A DNA stretch of 64,000 nucleotides from Patescibacteria group bacterium (GCA_041499035.1 JBGQJK010000001.1:12314-76313), one strand, 5' to 3'. Shown: positions 48,851 to 58,651, counted from the first letter of the stretch. Numbers and translations are program-made. The notes: a model not told the origin generated them from the letters alone.

Positions 48851-49915
48851 GTGAAAATTGTTAAAAGTTTAGAAAAATTGTTCATAATTTCCGTGTGTTT
48901 GCTGCCTTTCGTAATTTGGAAAAACACATTCGAAGGACCAAAAGTATGGGTTCTTCTTATCGGCGGGTTTTTGCTAACAGCTTTTTGGATTTGCAGAACT
49001 TTAGCCAAAAGAGAAGCCCTGGCTTTTAGCAAGGTTGACTATTTCTTTCTTTTGTGGCTTTTGGTTCTTCTAATCTCCAGTGTGTTTGGGGTCCATCCCT
49101 TAGAGTCTGTAATTGGCGGGAGCTATAGACATCAGGGAATTTTATTCTTCCTGACACTTTGGCTTATCGGTAAAACCGTAGAGATACTTAGCCTAAAGCA
49201 AAAAGGACTTTTATCTAAAGGGCTGGGGATTGCAATCCTTGCCGAGTCGGTCGTTGTGCTTTTGCAATTTATAACGGGGAACGTTTATTTCGGCCGTCCC
49301 CTAGGAACCATTGGCGAGGCAAATGCAGTGGCAGGATTCCTGGCAATCGGTTATGTCTTTGTTCTTGAAAATTTCAACTATTTGTTTTTTGCGTTTCCGG
49401 TGATTTCTATATTGATCGCTGAGTCCCGCGCGGGTATTCTTGCGCTTCTTCCGAGTTTGATGCCGCTCGTTATAAACTTCGGAAGACACACACGAAACGC
49501 TTTGATGATTCTAACAATAGTTTTATCAATTATTTTTTTGGTTTTCGTTTCCGGAGAAAAGGGCAGCTCACCCTTTGAAAACAGGCAGGTTATTTGGAAG
49601 CTCGGTTTTGGGCAAATCCTAAGCCGTCCTGTTCTCGGGTTTGGTGCCGAATCGGGTGAGGTTGTCTATAACAAAGCTTTCTATCAATATGGATTCCCTC
49701 TAAGTAATTTAATAGTTGATAGAGCTCATAACCTTCTACTGGATGTCGCCATGTGGTCGGGGGGGATCGGGCTTTTAGTATTCTGCCTTTTTCTTTTTGA
49801 GCGCTTCAAAGGAATCAAGTTACCCGCCAGAAAGTTTGCATTTCTTTCCTTCCTCATCTATTCAATGTTTCAGCCGCTTTCGGTTGTCCATTGGCTTTTC
49901 CTTTTTTTGTTGTAA
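48851..49915 (+). CDS. O-antigen ligase (Wzy_C) family membrane protein
   Basis: GTIGEAN, SRAG, R..IW, GFG, RAHNLLLD; many TM helices; start uncertain. Confidence 0.82.
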   Translation: MKIVKSLEKLFIISVCLLPFVIWKNTFEGPKVWVLLIGGFLLTAFWICRTLAKREALAFSKVDYFFLLWLLVLLISSVFGVHPLESVIGGSYRHQGILFFLTLWLIGKTVEILSLKQKGLLSKGLGIAILAESVVVLLQFITGNVYFGRPLGTIGEANAVAGFLAIGYVFVLENFNYLFFAFPVISILIAESRAGILALLPSLMPLVINFGRHTRNALMILTIVLSIIFLVFVSGEKGSSPFENRQVIWKLGFGQILSRPVLGFGAESGEVVYNKAFYQYGFPLSNLIVDRAHNLLLDVAMWSGGIGLLVFCLFLFERFKGIKLPARKFAFLSFLIYSMFQPLSVVHWLFLFLL

Positions 49916-49927
49916 TATAATGTCTAG

Positions 49928-50935
49928 ATGGCAAAAAAGACGGCTCTTATTACTGGAATTACAGGTCAGGATGGTTCTTATTTAGCGGAGTTTCTTCTTA
50001 AAAAAGGTTACATAGTTGCCGGGACCGTCAGGAAAACCAGCAATATGCAATATGACAACATCGGTCATATTCAAGACGAGCTAAGACTTATTCAGGCCGA
50101 TCTACTGGACCCCGTCTCTCTTCGGGAAGCCGTACAAAAAGTTCATCCGGACGAAGTTTACAATTTGGCGGCGCAAAGCCATCCGGCCGAAAGTTTTAAG
50201 CAGCCTATTCATACCGCGGAAATTACGGCGATTGGTGCACATAGGGTTCTAGACGCAGTTTGGGATGTGGTTCCAGAAGCAAAGTTTTATCAAGCATCCA
50301 GTTCCGAAATGTACGGTTGGGTAAAAGAAATTCCACAAAGTGAAGATACTCCATTCAATCCCGCAAATCCTTACGCTGCAGCCAAACTCTATGCACATAA
50401 CATGACCAAAATTTATAGGAGGAGCTATAACATGTTCGCCACATGTGGAATTTTGTTCAACCATGAGTCCCCGCGGAGGCACTTGAATTTTGTTACTCAG
50501 AAGGTTACTTACGCTGCTGCGGCAGCTAAATTGGGGATAAAAAACTCAGAGCATTTAAATGAGGAGGGCGAACCGATGGTCAAAAATGGAAAGGTCGGAC
50601 TCGGAAATCTTGAAGCAAAACGTGATTGGGGATTTACGGCAGACTATGTTGAAGCTATGTGGCTTGTAATGCAGCAACCTAAAGCTGATGATTTTGTAAT
50701 TGGAACCGGGGTAACCCATACGATTCAAGAGCTGTGCGAAGAAGCCTTTAACTATATTGGTATGAATTGGAAGAATCACGTCTATGTTGATAAAAGGTTT
50801 ATCCGTCCTACAGAGACGGGCCCGTTAATTGCCAACCCGGCAAAAGCCAAAAAAGTTTTAGGCTGGACTCCCAGGACCACCTTTAAAGAACTGGTTCACC
50901 TGATGGTTGATGCTCACCTTGCAAGGTTGAAATAA
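49928..50935 (+). CDS. gmd: GDP-mannose 4,6-dehydratase
   Basis: ALITGITGQDGSYLAE, YNLAAQSH, YQASSSE, PYAAAK, LFNHESP, RDWG. Confidence 0.96.
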   Translation: MAKKTALITGITGQDGSYLAEFLLKKGYIVAGTVRKTSNMQYDNIGHIQDELRLIQADLLDPVSLREAVQKVHPDEVYNLAAQSHPAESFKQPIHTAEITAIGAHRVLDAVWDVVPEAKFYQASSSEMYGWVKEIPQSEDTPFNPANPYAAAKLYAHNMTKIYRRSYNMFATCGILFNHESPRRHLNFVTQKVTYAAAAAKLGIKNSEHLNEEGEPMVKNGKVGLGNLEAKRDWGFTADYVEAMWLVMQQPKADDFVIGTGVTHTIQELCEEAFNYIGMNWKNHVYVDKRFIRPTETGPLIANPAKAKKVLGWTPRTTFKELVHLMVDAHLARLK

Positions 50936-50961
50936 CTTCTTTTATGCTTCATTATTAAGCT

Positions 50962-52221
50962 GTGAAAAAGTATTATTTGTTTTTTAGGGGGAATCCCATG
51001 TGGACAAAAATACTTCTTTTCTCCCTGATTCTGTTTTTTATCCGTCTTTCGGATTCTATAATCTCGTATTGGGCTCCAAACCAAATCCAGCAAAGCCTCG
51101 GTAGCCCAATCATAATGGGAGCTATTATAAGTTTTCAGTCTGTTGTCGGCATGGCGGCTGACCTGATTTTTCCCCGGCTTCTTAAATCGATCCGGGTGCG
51201 GAGGCTTATCTTTTGGGCTATTATTCTTTCTGCGCTAACCTCGTTCTTTCTCACAGCGGGTACCCTTAAGCCGATTATCGCTATTTTTATCGCAACAATG
51301 ACGCTTTGGGGAATTTACTATGAACTCATCAGTTTTGCCAGCTTTCAATTTATTGGCGAGGTGGTGCCTCCAGAGATGAGAGCCGGATCCTGGGCCTTCA
51401 CGGGAATTTTTCTAAACCTGGCTTACTTTCTTGGCCCGTTTATAGCCAACCAGATTTTGGGTAAAGGCTATTTAATTACACAGGGAACTGTCGTGATTTT
51501 TCTGGTTTCTGCTTTGGCTCTTTTAACTTTTACCAAACATGTTCACGATGCTCCGGCTTCGGTTGATTTTTCAGCACTAAATCCTTGGACTGAATTTAAA
51601 CGCTGGTTAACACTATCCGAACATATCTGGCCCGTTATAGTTATAAGTTTGGTCCTGGGATTTATTGATTCCACTTTTTACACGGTAGGGTCTGTCTGGA
51701 CGCAAAAACTGAGTGCAGTTAACCCGTGGGGCGTTTGGTTTTTGCCTTTATACCTCTTGCCCTCAATATGTTTGGGCATACCTCTAGCCAGGTGGGAAAT
51801 AAACTCCGGTAAGAAAAAATTGAGTGAAAAATATCTTGCCCTTGCCGGACTGATCATGGCAGGAATCGGTATTTCGGAAAGTGTTTCCTGGCAGCTTGCG
51901 GTGGTTTGCCTAAGTTCCGCGGCGCTTGCGGTATGCTTCCCGCTAATCGGGGGCGTCTATAGCGATATAATTTCCAGAATGGGCAGTAAAAAGAACGACA
52001 TGATCGGACTTACCAATTCGGTAACCAATATCTCCTACATAATCTGGCCTACTTTTGCAGGACTCATTGCCTCAAAGGTAGGGGAAAGGCTTACTTTTAG
52101 TTACTTGGGTGTGGGGGTTTTTATGGTTGCAATTGCCTTGATTTTAGTGACTCCGAAGAAGTTAAAACTTCCGCAGTCCGAGATTAAAAGTTGGGATATC
52201 ATTGACAAAAGTCTGAGCTGA
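50962..52221 (+). CDS. MFS transporter
   Basis: About 12 hydrophobic segments in two halves. Confidence 0.8.
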   Translation: MKKYYLFFRGNPMWTKILLFSLILFFIRLSDSIISYWAPNQIQQSLGSPIIMGAIISFQSVVGMAADLIFPRLLKSIRVRRLIFWAIILSALTSFFLTAGTLKPIIAIFIATMTLWGIYYELISFASFQFIGEVVPPEMRAGSWAFTGIFLNLAYFLGPFIANQILGKGYLITQGTVVIFLVSALALLTFTKHVHDAPASVDFSALNPWTEFKRWLTLSEHIWPVIVISLVLGFIDSTFYTVGSVWTQKLSAVNPWGVWFLPLYLLPSICLGIPLARWEINSGKKKLSEKYLALAGLIMAGIGISESVSWQLAVVCLSSAALAVCFPLIGGVYSDIISRMGSKKNDMIGLTNSVTNISYIIWPTFAGLIASKVGERLTFSYLGVGVFMVAIALILVTPKKLKLPQSEIKSWDIIDKSLS

Positions 52222-52238
52222 AACTATATATTAGTCTC

Positions 52239-53669
52239 ATGGGGGTGCTCCTACTTGGAATTAACATCCCTGCCCCAAAAGTAAAAATTAAGCCGGCAAT
52301 GCTCGAAAAGTATGCGGATTTGTTCCGTGGGATCCGCGACCGCAAAGATACCGTTTCCTGGCGGACCCTGATAATTACTATCCGCGAGCTTTTAGGGCAA
52401 AGCGTTCCCGACTATAAAAAAGTTGAGAGGCGGTTGCATCTCAAGGGCAGAAAATTAATTAAGACCTTGGTATCAAAGACTTATCTTGAACCTTTAACAC
52501 CTGAAATTGAATTCGCTGTGGGAATCAGAAATTCCGCCGGCAGAAATAGTACCGACCTCGACTTCCTGCTTCTTAGCGGACGTCATCATCCGGAACCGAT
52601 ACTTTGGACGTTAGCGGATTTTGCAAAGTCTCAAGGCAAAAAAGTTGCCGTAGTAAACCCCGTCGGGCATTATAATGACGGGCAGACAAGAGTAGTGGGG
52701 CCCGCAAAATACTTCCGGAGAATCAAAAAACTTGTAGTTCTGGCATCGACCCAGACCGACCTTGGCGGCAGTATTTCGGTTCTTGCAAATGTAATTCGTC
52801 AGTTGAGGAACCCCGAGCTGGCTAAAAAAGTTGGAAGTGTGGAAATAGTAATTCCCATGTTCGGAGGGTCGCGCGGTCATAAGTTAAACCAGTCCCAGGA
52901 AGTCGGATTTGAAGTAATGGAAGCAAGTTTTAATGCTAAAATCCTATCTCTCATTACAAAAGATATTGTTGCCCACCTTGCACCGGAAATTCCCAAAGTC
53001 CCGGGCATTCGGTTTTCCTCTGTCGATATTCATAATAGCGAGCATCCGATAAAATCCTTTAACAAAGAGGGATTTGAGTTTGCTTCAATTAGCTCCGCCG
53101 GCAGTTTGGCAAAAGGCATTATGAGTCTTTTGATTTCTAAAACAGCAAAGATCCCTCTAAAACTTGTTGTTTGCGATAAAGGATCGGTCGAGAGGACTGA
53201 AGACTTAGCCAAGGAACTAATTCTCGGTCAGAATAAATTATTGAACAGTTTACAGATAATTTATATTGAAAAGAAAAGGGTAACTGCAGGGGTTGTGGAA
53301 GGCGCCGAAATCTCGCACATTAGTGAGTGGAAAAGAAAAGGCAAGGAGGTTCAGATTAAAAATTTGAGGCTCCCTGTAAAGCCGGTTTTTAAAAATACGA
53401 TAATTGTTTATTCGGACGATATGATCGACACGGGTGGTACCGCCGAGCGGGACCTAAAATTTATTTCCGGCTTTTATCCGAATGCAAGTTTAAAAATTTT
53501 TGCGGCAAGCCATCCTGTTTTTTCCAAAGGTTTTGGGGCTGTAAAAAAAATCGGCGCCGATATATATGTTTTGGGAAATACCCTGAGTTGGGAAGCCTTG
53601 GGGGACGTTAAGGGTGTTGAGGTGGTTGATTTTGCCGAAGCAATTTACAAATTCATTCAAGGCCGATGA
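52239..53669 (+). CDS. Divergent PRPP-synthetase-like phosphoribosyltransferase
   Basis: YNDGQTRV, IPMFGGSR, SVDIH, IEKKR, DDMIDTGGT, ASHPVFS. Confidence 0.7.
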   Translation: MGVLLLGINIPAPKVKIKPAMLEKYADLFRGIRDRKDTVSWRTLIITIRELLGQSVPDYKKVERRLHLKGRKLIKTLVSKTYLEPLTPEIEFAVGIRNSAGRNSTDLDFLLLSGRHHPEPILWTLADFAKSQGKKVAVVNPVGHYNDGQTRVVGPAKYFRRIKKLVVLASTQTDLGGSISVLANVIRQLRNPELAKKVGSVEIVIPMFGGSRGHKLNQSQEVGFEVMEASFNAKILSLITKDIVAHLAPEIPKVPGIRFSSVDIHNSEHPIKSFNKEGFEFASISSAGSLAKGIMSLLISKTAKIPLKLVVCDKGSVERTEDLAKELILGQNKLLNSLQIIYIEKKRVTAGVVEGAEISHISEWKRKGKEVQIKNLRLPVKPVFKNTIIVYSDDMIDTGGTAERDLKFISGFYPNASLKIFAASHPVFSKGFGAVKKIGADIYVLGNTLSWEALGDVKGVEVVDFAEAIYKFIQGR

Positions 53670-54078
53670 GTTTAGCCAGTTTGGTAGAGGAGAGATCAGG
53701 AGTTTTTTTTATTTCAATCAATTTTGCCCCAACATACGTTGCGTGTTCTGCCTTTTTAGTTTTCATCAAATCTCCTTCTGTAATTGCAATCACGTCGGGC
53801 GCCACTTTCATCACCAAATCTTTATAGTCTTTATCGTTTTTCATTTCCGGAAGTTCGATTACTTCATCAACAAAACTTAGCGCCTCGAGGATTTCCTTCC
53901 TCTGTTTTTGGTTGTGGATGGGCCTGCCCGGTCCTTTTAGTTTTTTGGTGTTCTCATCACTCTCGAGAGCCACAATAAGATAATCTCCGTGTTTTTTGGC
54001 TTCTTTCAAAAAACAAACATGGCCGTAGTGGAGAATATCAAAGCAGCCGCCGACCAGAACCTTCTTCTTTACATCCAT
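53653..54078 (-). CDS. Cytidylyl/adenylyltransferase (TagD/RibL/RfaE-like)
   Basis: GGCFDILHYGH, KGPGRPI, SSTK. Confidence 0.88.
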   Translation of the reverse strand: MDVKKKVLVGGCFDILHYGHVCFLKEAKKHGDYLIVALESDENTKKLKGPGRPIHNQKQRKEILEALSFVDEVIELPEMKNDKDYKDLVMKVAPDVIAITEGDLMKTKKAEHATYVGAKLIEIKKTPDLSSTKLAKLIGLE

Positions 54079-54102
54079 ATTGGTATGATATCATGAATTA
54101 TC

Positions 54103-55191
54103 ATGCCTGCCGTGAAAAGTGACTTTGTCAAAAAGAACGGGGAAGAGGTTGAACCAAAAAAGAGTCCGAAAAATTCTAAACTCACCATTGACCGTGAAGC
54201 CCTAAAAAAATTTCGTCTAGTTGTTGTGGCATACAGTAGCGTTCAGCGGGAACATTTTGCTACAAAAGATGCATACGAAGCAGAAGTTGAAGTTGAACAA
54301 AGGGCGATAGAAGTTTCGGAAGAAGTCAGGAAATTGGGGATTCCCGTTAGGACACTGCCAGGCGATCAGTACTTCTATACAAATCTGCTGGTAGATAAAC
54401 CCGATTTGGTTATTAATCTTGTAGATACGCTTAAAGGCCGCGACCAGCTGCAGCCAAGCGTTCCCGCTGCCTTGGAACTTGCTAATATTCCATACACCGG
54501 CGCCGGTATGGAGGGCCTTATAATCGGCAATAACAGGAACTTAACCAAAAGGCTTCTGATGGCTTATGACATTCCGACGCCTCCCTTTCAGTTTATCCGC
54601 CGGGCGGGTACAAATATTGACGAAGACTTGGGAATTCCCTTGATCGTTAAACTGAATGAGGGCGGGGGAAGCGTAGGTATTAACAACAATGCCGTTAAAG
54701 AAACTGCAAGAGCGGCAAAGCTTAGGGCCAATAGCATGATTTCAACCTATCGTTTCCCCGTGATTGTTGAAAAGTTTATTGACGGTCCCGAGGTTACCGT
54801 GGTTGTTTTTGATGACGGCCTTAAGCGCCATGTTTATATGGCCCAGAAAAAGTTTGGCATAAAGCCGGATGGCAAGCACGAGTTTACCAGCATTGAGTCT
54901 TACGCGGATTGGAAATCTTATAAATATATTCCGGTTGATGAAAACAATAAGTATGAAATTAAAAAGCTCGCCGTTCGCGCTTTCGGGGGACTACATCACA
55001 AGGACTATGCCAAGTTTGATGTAAGGGTGGATAGCGACACGGGCATCCCTTACTTTACGGACAGTAACCCCAATACTGCCTTTGGGCCCGATAAGGGGCT
55101 GCCCATGACCGAGGTTTTAGCTATGAACGGGGTAGAGTTTCCCGACGTTCTGGCCAGCCTTCTATCGAAATACGCCAGAGATTTGAGCTGA
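54103..55191 (+). CDS. D-Ala-D-Ala ligase-like ATP-grasp protein
   Basis: IPYTG, PLIVK..EGGSVGI, VEKFIDG.E, FDVR, DSNPN. Confidence 0.82.
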   Translation: MPAVKSDFVKKNGEEVEPKKSPKNSKLTIDREALKKFRLVVVAYSSVQREHFATKDAYEAEVEVEQRAIEVSEEVRKLGIPVRTLPGDQYFYTNLLVDKPDLVINLVDTLKGRDQLQPSVPAALELANIPYTGAGMEGLIIGNNRNLTKRLLMAYDIPTPPFQFIRRAGTNIDEDLGIPLIVKLNEGGGSVGINNNAVKETARAAKLRANSMISTYRFPVIVEKFIDGPEVTVVVFDDGLKRHVYMAQKKFGIKPDGKHEFTSIESYADWKSYKYIPVDENNKYEIKKLAVRAFGGLHHKDYAKFDVRVDSDTGIPYFTDSNPNTAFGPDKGLPMTEVLAMNGVEFPDVLASLLSKYARDLS

Positions 55192-55239
55192 AAACTCCTG
55201 TGGACAACCACGACTATCGTCCGTATAATTGGGCGAAAT

Positions 55240-55878
55240 ATGGTACTTGAAAAAAATCCCAAAACCAGGCCGGTTTATAAGAAACTTCTTGAGCTTGAAG
55301 ACAAAGTCTCCGGCCTTCCATTCCCCAAAATGATAAGGCCCAAGCAGATCACAAGTTCACACTGCGGACCGGCAGTTTTAACCTCGCTTTATTCAAACTT
55401 TGGCGTCAAAGCCAGCCAGAAAGGTATAGTTGCCTCACTCAGGCTCCAAAAGAAGATTATGAAGTACGGGCTGAATATTAAAGAATTAGGCAAGGCCAGT
55501 AGAATCATTGGCAAGGGGGCCTTCGTATTTTGGAAAAAATCCGGCGCGAGGATCAGCGATTTGGAGCTTGCAGTTAATAAATATAAAAATCCCGTCGCGG
55601 TTGAATGGCAGGGGATTTTTTATGAGGAGTCGGACGAGGATAACGGCCACTATAGTATCGTAACCAAGATTGACAAAAAGGCGGGAATAATGAGGATATG
55701 TGATTCGTATCCGCTCTTTGCCGGGGTAGACAGGAAGTTCAAAACTCACGATTTTGAAAAGCGCTGGTGGGACGTAAACATTGTCAAAGGGCGTACATTA
55801 AGGGATAACAAAGTCATGTTTTTGGTAGCTCCAAAAGGCGAGTCCTGGCCCAAAAAACTGGGGATGGTTAAATCCTAA
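55240..55878 (+). CDS. C39-like cysteine peptidase
   Basis: QITSSHCGPA, GHYSIV, ICDS. Confidence 0.75.
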   Translation: MVLEKNPKTRPVYKKLLELEDKVSGLPFPKMIRPKQITSSHCGPAVLTSLYSNFGVKASQKGIVASLRLQKKIMKYGLNIKELGKASRIIGKGAFVFWKKSGARISDLELAVNKYKNPVAVEWQGIFYEESDEDNGHYSIVTKIDKKAGIMRICDSYPLFAGVDRKFKTHDFEKRWWDVNIVKGRTLRDNKVMFLVAPKGESWPKKLGMVKS

Positions 55879-55886
55879 TAAATCAA

Positions 55887-56237
55887 ATGGGTTATGCAAA
55901 TCCAAATTCTGCCAAGTTAAAAATCGGGAGGTATTTGGCGGAGAAATGTAGAGATGGCGTGATGGAGTTTTCTTCAGACGAACTTTCTGAAATCGGCGAA
56001 ATAAGTGATAGTTACAAGGTGCCGGATATTATAAGAAGTGCGTATCCGGGGTTATTTAAATTCCACAGGGGCATGGTAAATTTTATCGCTACGGATTGGA
56101 ATGTTAGAGCGGAAGCTTTGGAAAATCTTGAGTCTCAAGTTCAAAGTTTAGAGGTTTACTCAAGACACGAAAATAAGCCCGCAGAGAGCCTCAGGGAACG
56201 CTTGTTATATCAGGTGACCATGGCAAGAAGAAAATAG
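55887..56237 (+). CDS. Hypothetical protein
   Basis: Co-oriented ORF filling the gap. Confidence 0.6.
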   Translation: MGYANPNSAKLKIGRYLAEKCRDGVMEFSSDELSEIGEISDSYKVPDIIRSAYPGLFKFHRGMVNFIATDWNVRAEALENLESQVQSLEVYSRHENKPAESLRERLLYQVTMARRK

Positions 56238-56297
56238 TTTGGAATTCCTCGTTGTGTGCTTCCGTTAAACCTGTTAGATTTATCTTTACACAAATTT

Positions 56298-57320
56298 ATG
56301 AATGTAGCGCTAACTTATAACGTCAAGAAAAGCAAACCTTCAGTTAGCCTGGAAAAACAGACGGATATAGAGTTTGATTACCCGGAGGTTAGCTATGCCG
56401 AAAAGGAGGCCATTAAGAGTTTTGGGCATAAGGTTTTTATGGTCGAGGCCGATGAAAACGCATTTATAAAATTAAAGAAATTAAAAGGCAAAATCGACAT
56501 CGTTTTCAATGTTGCAGAAGGACTTTGGGGGGAAGCCCGGGAGACCCAAATCCCCATGATCTGCGAGATCCTCAGGATTCCATATACCCACTCAGGCCCG
56601 ACCACGCACGCAATTTCCCTTGATAAATCTTTTACCAAACTGATTTTAAAAGGCGCCGACGGCATAAACGTGCCCGACTCTCACGTAGTCAGATCTAGTG
56701 ATTATATGATTCCAAAAACATTGAAATATCCATTGATAGTTAAACCAAATTCAGAGGGATCGAGCAGGGGAGTTCTCGATAAGAATGTTGTCCGTGACGC
56801 AAAAGACTTAAAAAAACGGATTGAGATAACCTCCGAAAAGTTCACAAAGGAAGTCTTGGTGGAGGAGTATATAGAAGGCAGGGAGTTTACGGTTTCCGTT
56901 ATAGGGAATGAACAGCCGGTGGTACTCCCTATCGTCGAGCAAAAATTCGGCTTCTTACCTCCCGGCATGAACAAAATTGCCAGTTACGAGCTTAAATGGT
57001 TATATGAAGACACCCTAAAAGATTTGCACGACGCCTATGACTGTCCCGCAAAGTTGACTAAAAAACAGAAAGATTTAGTTGTAAGCACTTCCGAAGAAAT
57101 CTACAAACTTTTGGATATCCGCGATTGTGCCAGAATTGATTACAGGTTGGACAAAGATGGGACTCTCTATTTTTTGGAAATTAATACTCTTCCGGGCATG
57201 AACCCAACCCTTGACGGGATTTCATACCTCCCGATTGCGGCAAGAGCCGCAGGAATGAGTTACAAAGAGCTAGTGGGGAAAATACTGTCTTTGGCTTGTG
57301 CCAGATATGGCCTCGATTGA
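56298..57320 (+). CDS. D-Ala-D-Ala ligase-like ATP-grasp protein
   Basis: FNVAEG, IPYTHS, DK..TK, VKPNSEGSSRG, EEYIEGREFTV, RIDYR, LEINTLPG. Confidence 0.88.
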   Translation: MNVALTYNVKKSKPSVSLEKQTDIEFDYPEVSYAEKEAIKSFGHKVFMVEADENAFIKLKKLKGKIDIVFNVAEGLWGEARETQIPMICEILRIPYTHSGPTTHAISLDKSFTKLILKGADGINVPDSHVVRSSDYMIPKTLKYPLIVKPNSEGSSRGVLDKNVVRDAKDLKKRIEITSEKFTKEVLVEEYIEGREFTVSVIGNEQPVVLPIVEQKFGFLPPGMNKIASYELKWLYEDTLKDLHDAYDCPAKLTKKQKDLVVSTSEEIYKLLDIRDCARIDYRLDKDGTLYFLEINTLPGMNPTLDGISYLPIAARAAGMSYKELVGKILSLACARYGLD

Positions 57321-57330
57321 AATCCACCGG

Positions 57331-57401
57331 CAGGCCGAGAGGGAATCGAACCCCCAATGATGGTTTTGGAGACCACCGGTATACCATTTACCTATCGGCC
57401 T
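57331..57401 (-). tRNA. tRNA-Trp(CCA)
   Basis: AGGCCGA..TCGGCCT; anticodon arm GGTGGT-CTCCAAA-ACCATC; GGTTCGATTCC. Confidence 0.9.
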
Positions 57402-57660
57402 ATTTCAAAGAATTATTAATTTGCTCTTTTAATGTGACTTTTGCTTTTCCTCCGCCTTTCAGATATCTTTCCCGAGCCTGAGCGTCTTTTTGGTCCAGGT
57501 ATGCCTCGTAGTATATCAATTTTAAAGGTTTTCTAAAAGAAGTTGAGATTACAAGTCCATCCTCATGCTCCTTCAATCTTAATTTCAAATTTGAAGTGTA
57601 ACCTGTGTAAATTTGTCCATCTTTAAGACTTTTTAGAATATAAACGTAATACACAAGCAA
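57400..57660 (-). CDS. Small GIY-YIG nuclease
   Basis: YYVYILKS, IYTGYT.NL..RL.EH, LIYYEAY, A..RE.YLK. Confidence 0.9.
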   Translation of the reverse strand: MLVYYVYILKSLKDGQIYTGYTSNLKLRLKEHEDGLVISTSFRKPLKLIYYEAYLDQKDAQARERYLKGGGKAKVTLKEQINNSLK

Positions 57661-57672
57661 TTATAACCTTTT

Positions 57673-57735
57673 GGAGGGAATCGCCCCGCAGCTGCGGGGT
57701 TGGAGACCGCTGTCCGACCACTGAACGACACCCCT
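57673..57735 (-). pseudogene. Disrupted tRNA-Trp(CCA) containing a perfect palindrome
   Basis: AGGGGTGTCGTTCAGTGGTCGGACAGCGGTCTCCAA-CCCCGCAGCTGCGGGG-CGATTCCCTCC; no 3' acceptor strand. Confidence 0.8.
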
Positions 57736-57800
57736 ATAACCGCCTAATTATACTTTATATGTGGTCAAACTAGAATCCCTATGTTAAAATACTCTCTACT

Positions 57801-58193
57801 ATGGGCTTTTTTAACAAGGGTAAGGATCGAAAATTGAGCACCGCCTTGAACGGGGGTGTTGATGGCGGATCTGGTACTGATTTTCACAAACAGCGAGAGA
57901 TAGACATTATAGAGGCAGTTTTTGGTACTCGTTCATCAGATTTGGATCAAAATGTATTAGCCATTGATAATCCGCGGACTATCGGAAAAAGAGGCGGCCG
58001 CACGGTTTCTTTGGATACTTTAGCTGGGGACACGCTTGACCAGCAAAGGCTTTTGGATAAACAGATCGTTGAGGAAAATATGGGTCATGGGGCCGAAGCA
58101 CCTAAAACAGGAGGAAAAGCACCTTGCCAATTAGTTCAGGAAGAAAAGGCCGGGAAAACCGGTTGGTTTGGCAAAAGAAACAAGGAAGGCTAA
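57801..58193 (+). CDS. Hypothetical protein
   Basis: TAAAAT upstream; begins MGFFNK and ends GWFGKRNK. Confidence 0.6.
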   Translation: MGFFNKGKDRKLSTALNGGVDGGSGTDFHKQREIDIIEAVFGTRSSDLDQNVLAIDNPRTIGKRGGRTVSLDTLAGDTLDQQRLLDKQIVEENMGHGAEAPKTGGKAPCQLVQEEKAGKTGWFGKRNKEG

Positions 58194-58195
58194 AG

Positions 58196-58372
58196 ATGAA
58201 GGTTGAGGGAGGTCAAATTACAATTGGTGAGAGGATATTTAGAATTGGTGGACTAAATTCCGTCACTCCTGTGGGGTCTCAGCAGCTCAGACAAAGAGTT
58301 GACGAAATTCGGCAGTTCTTAAAAGAGAAAAGTACAAAAAAAGTTCAAGCAGCTAAAAAGGGCGTAGTATAA
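58196..58372 (+). CDS. Small hypothetical protein
   Basis: ATG 2 nt after the previous stop. Confidence 0.45.
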   Translation: MKVEGGQITIGERIFRIGGLNSVTPVGSQQLRQRVDEIRQFLKEKSTKKVQAAKKGVV

Positions 58373-58387
58373 AATTACTCACTTCAG

Positions 58388-58573
58388 TTATTTTAACTTC
58401 GAGGATTCTTTGTGAAGCTGGACTTTCTTGCAAAACCTGCAGTACTTATTAAGGCCAAGCTTACCCTTGCCTTTTGTGTCCATGTTTACCTTGTTTCTGT
58501 CTGTGATGTAATTCTGGTTTTTACAGACAGAGCAAATCAAAGCTACAATTTCGCGCGCCCCTTTTTTAGCCAT
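58388..58573 (-). CDS. rpmG: 50S ribosomal protein L33
   Basis: LICSVC..NYIT..N..L.KYCRFC..H.E. Confidence 0.93.
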   Translation of the reverse strand: MAKKGAREIVALICSVCKNQNYITDRNKVNMDTKGKGKLGLNKYCRFCKKVQLHKESSKLK

Positions 58574-58651
58574 ACTTGGCGTATTGTAGCATGAGGCTAA
58601 TCACATAAACAATAGTCCGGTACGGCTGGTTCTGATATAATTGCGGTTGAG

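Noticed and set aside
57673-57735. tRNA-Trp interrupted by an intron at position 37/38 encoding the GIY-YIG
   Set aside because: No matching 3' exon (ACCGC...CACCCCT) downstream and no group I intron core recognised
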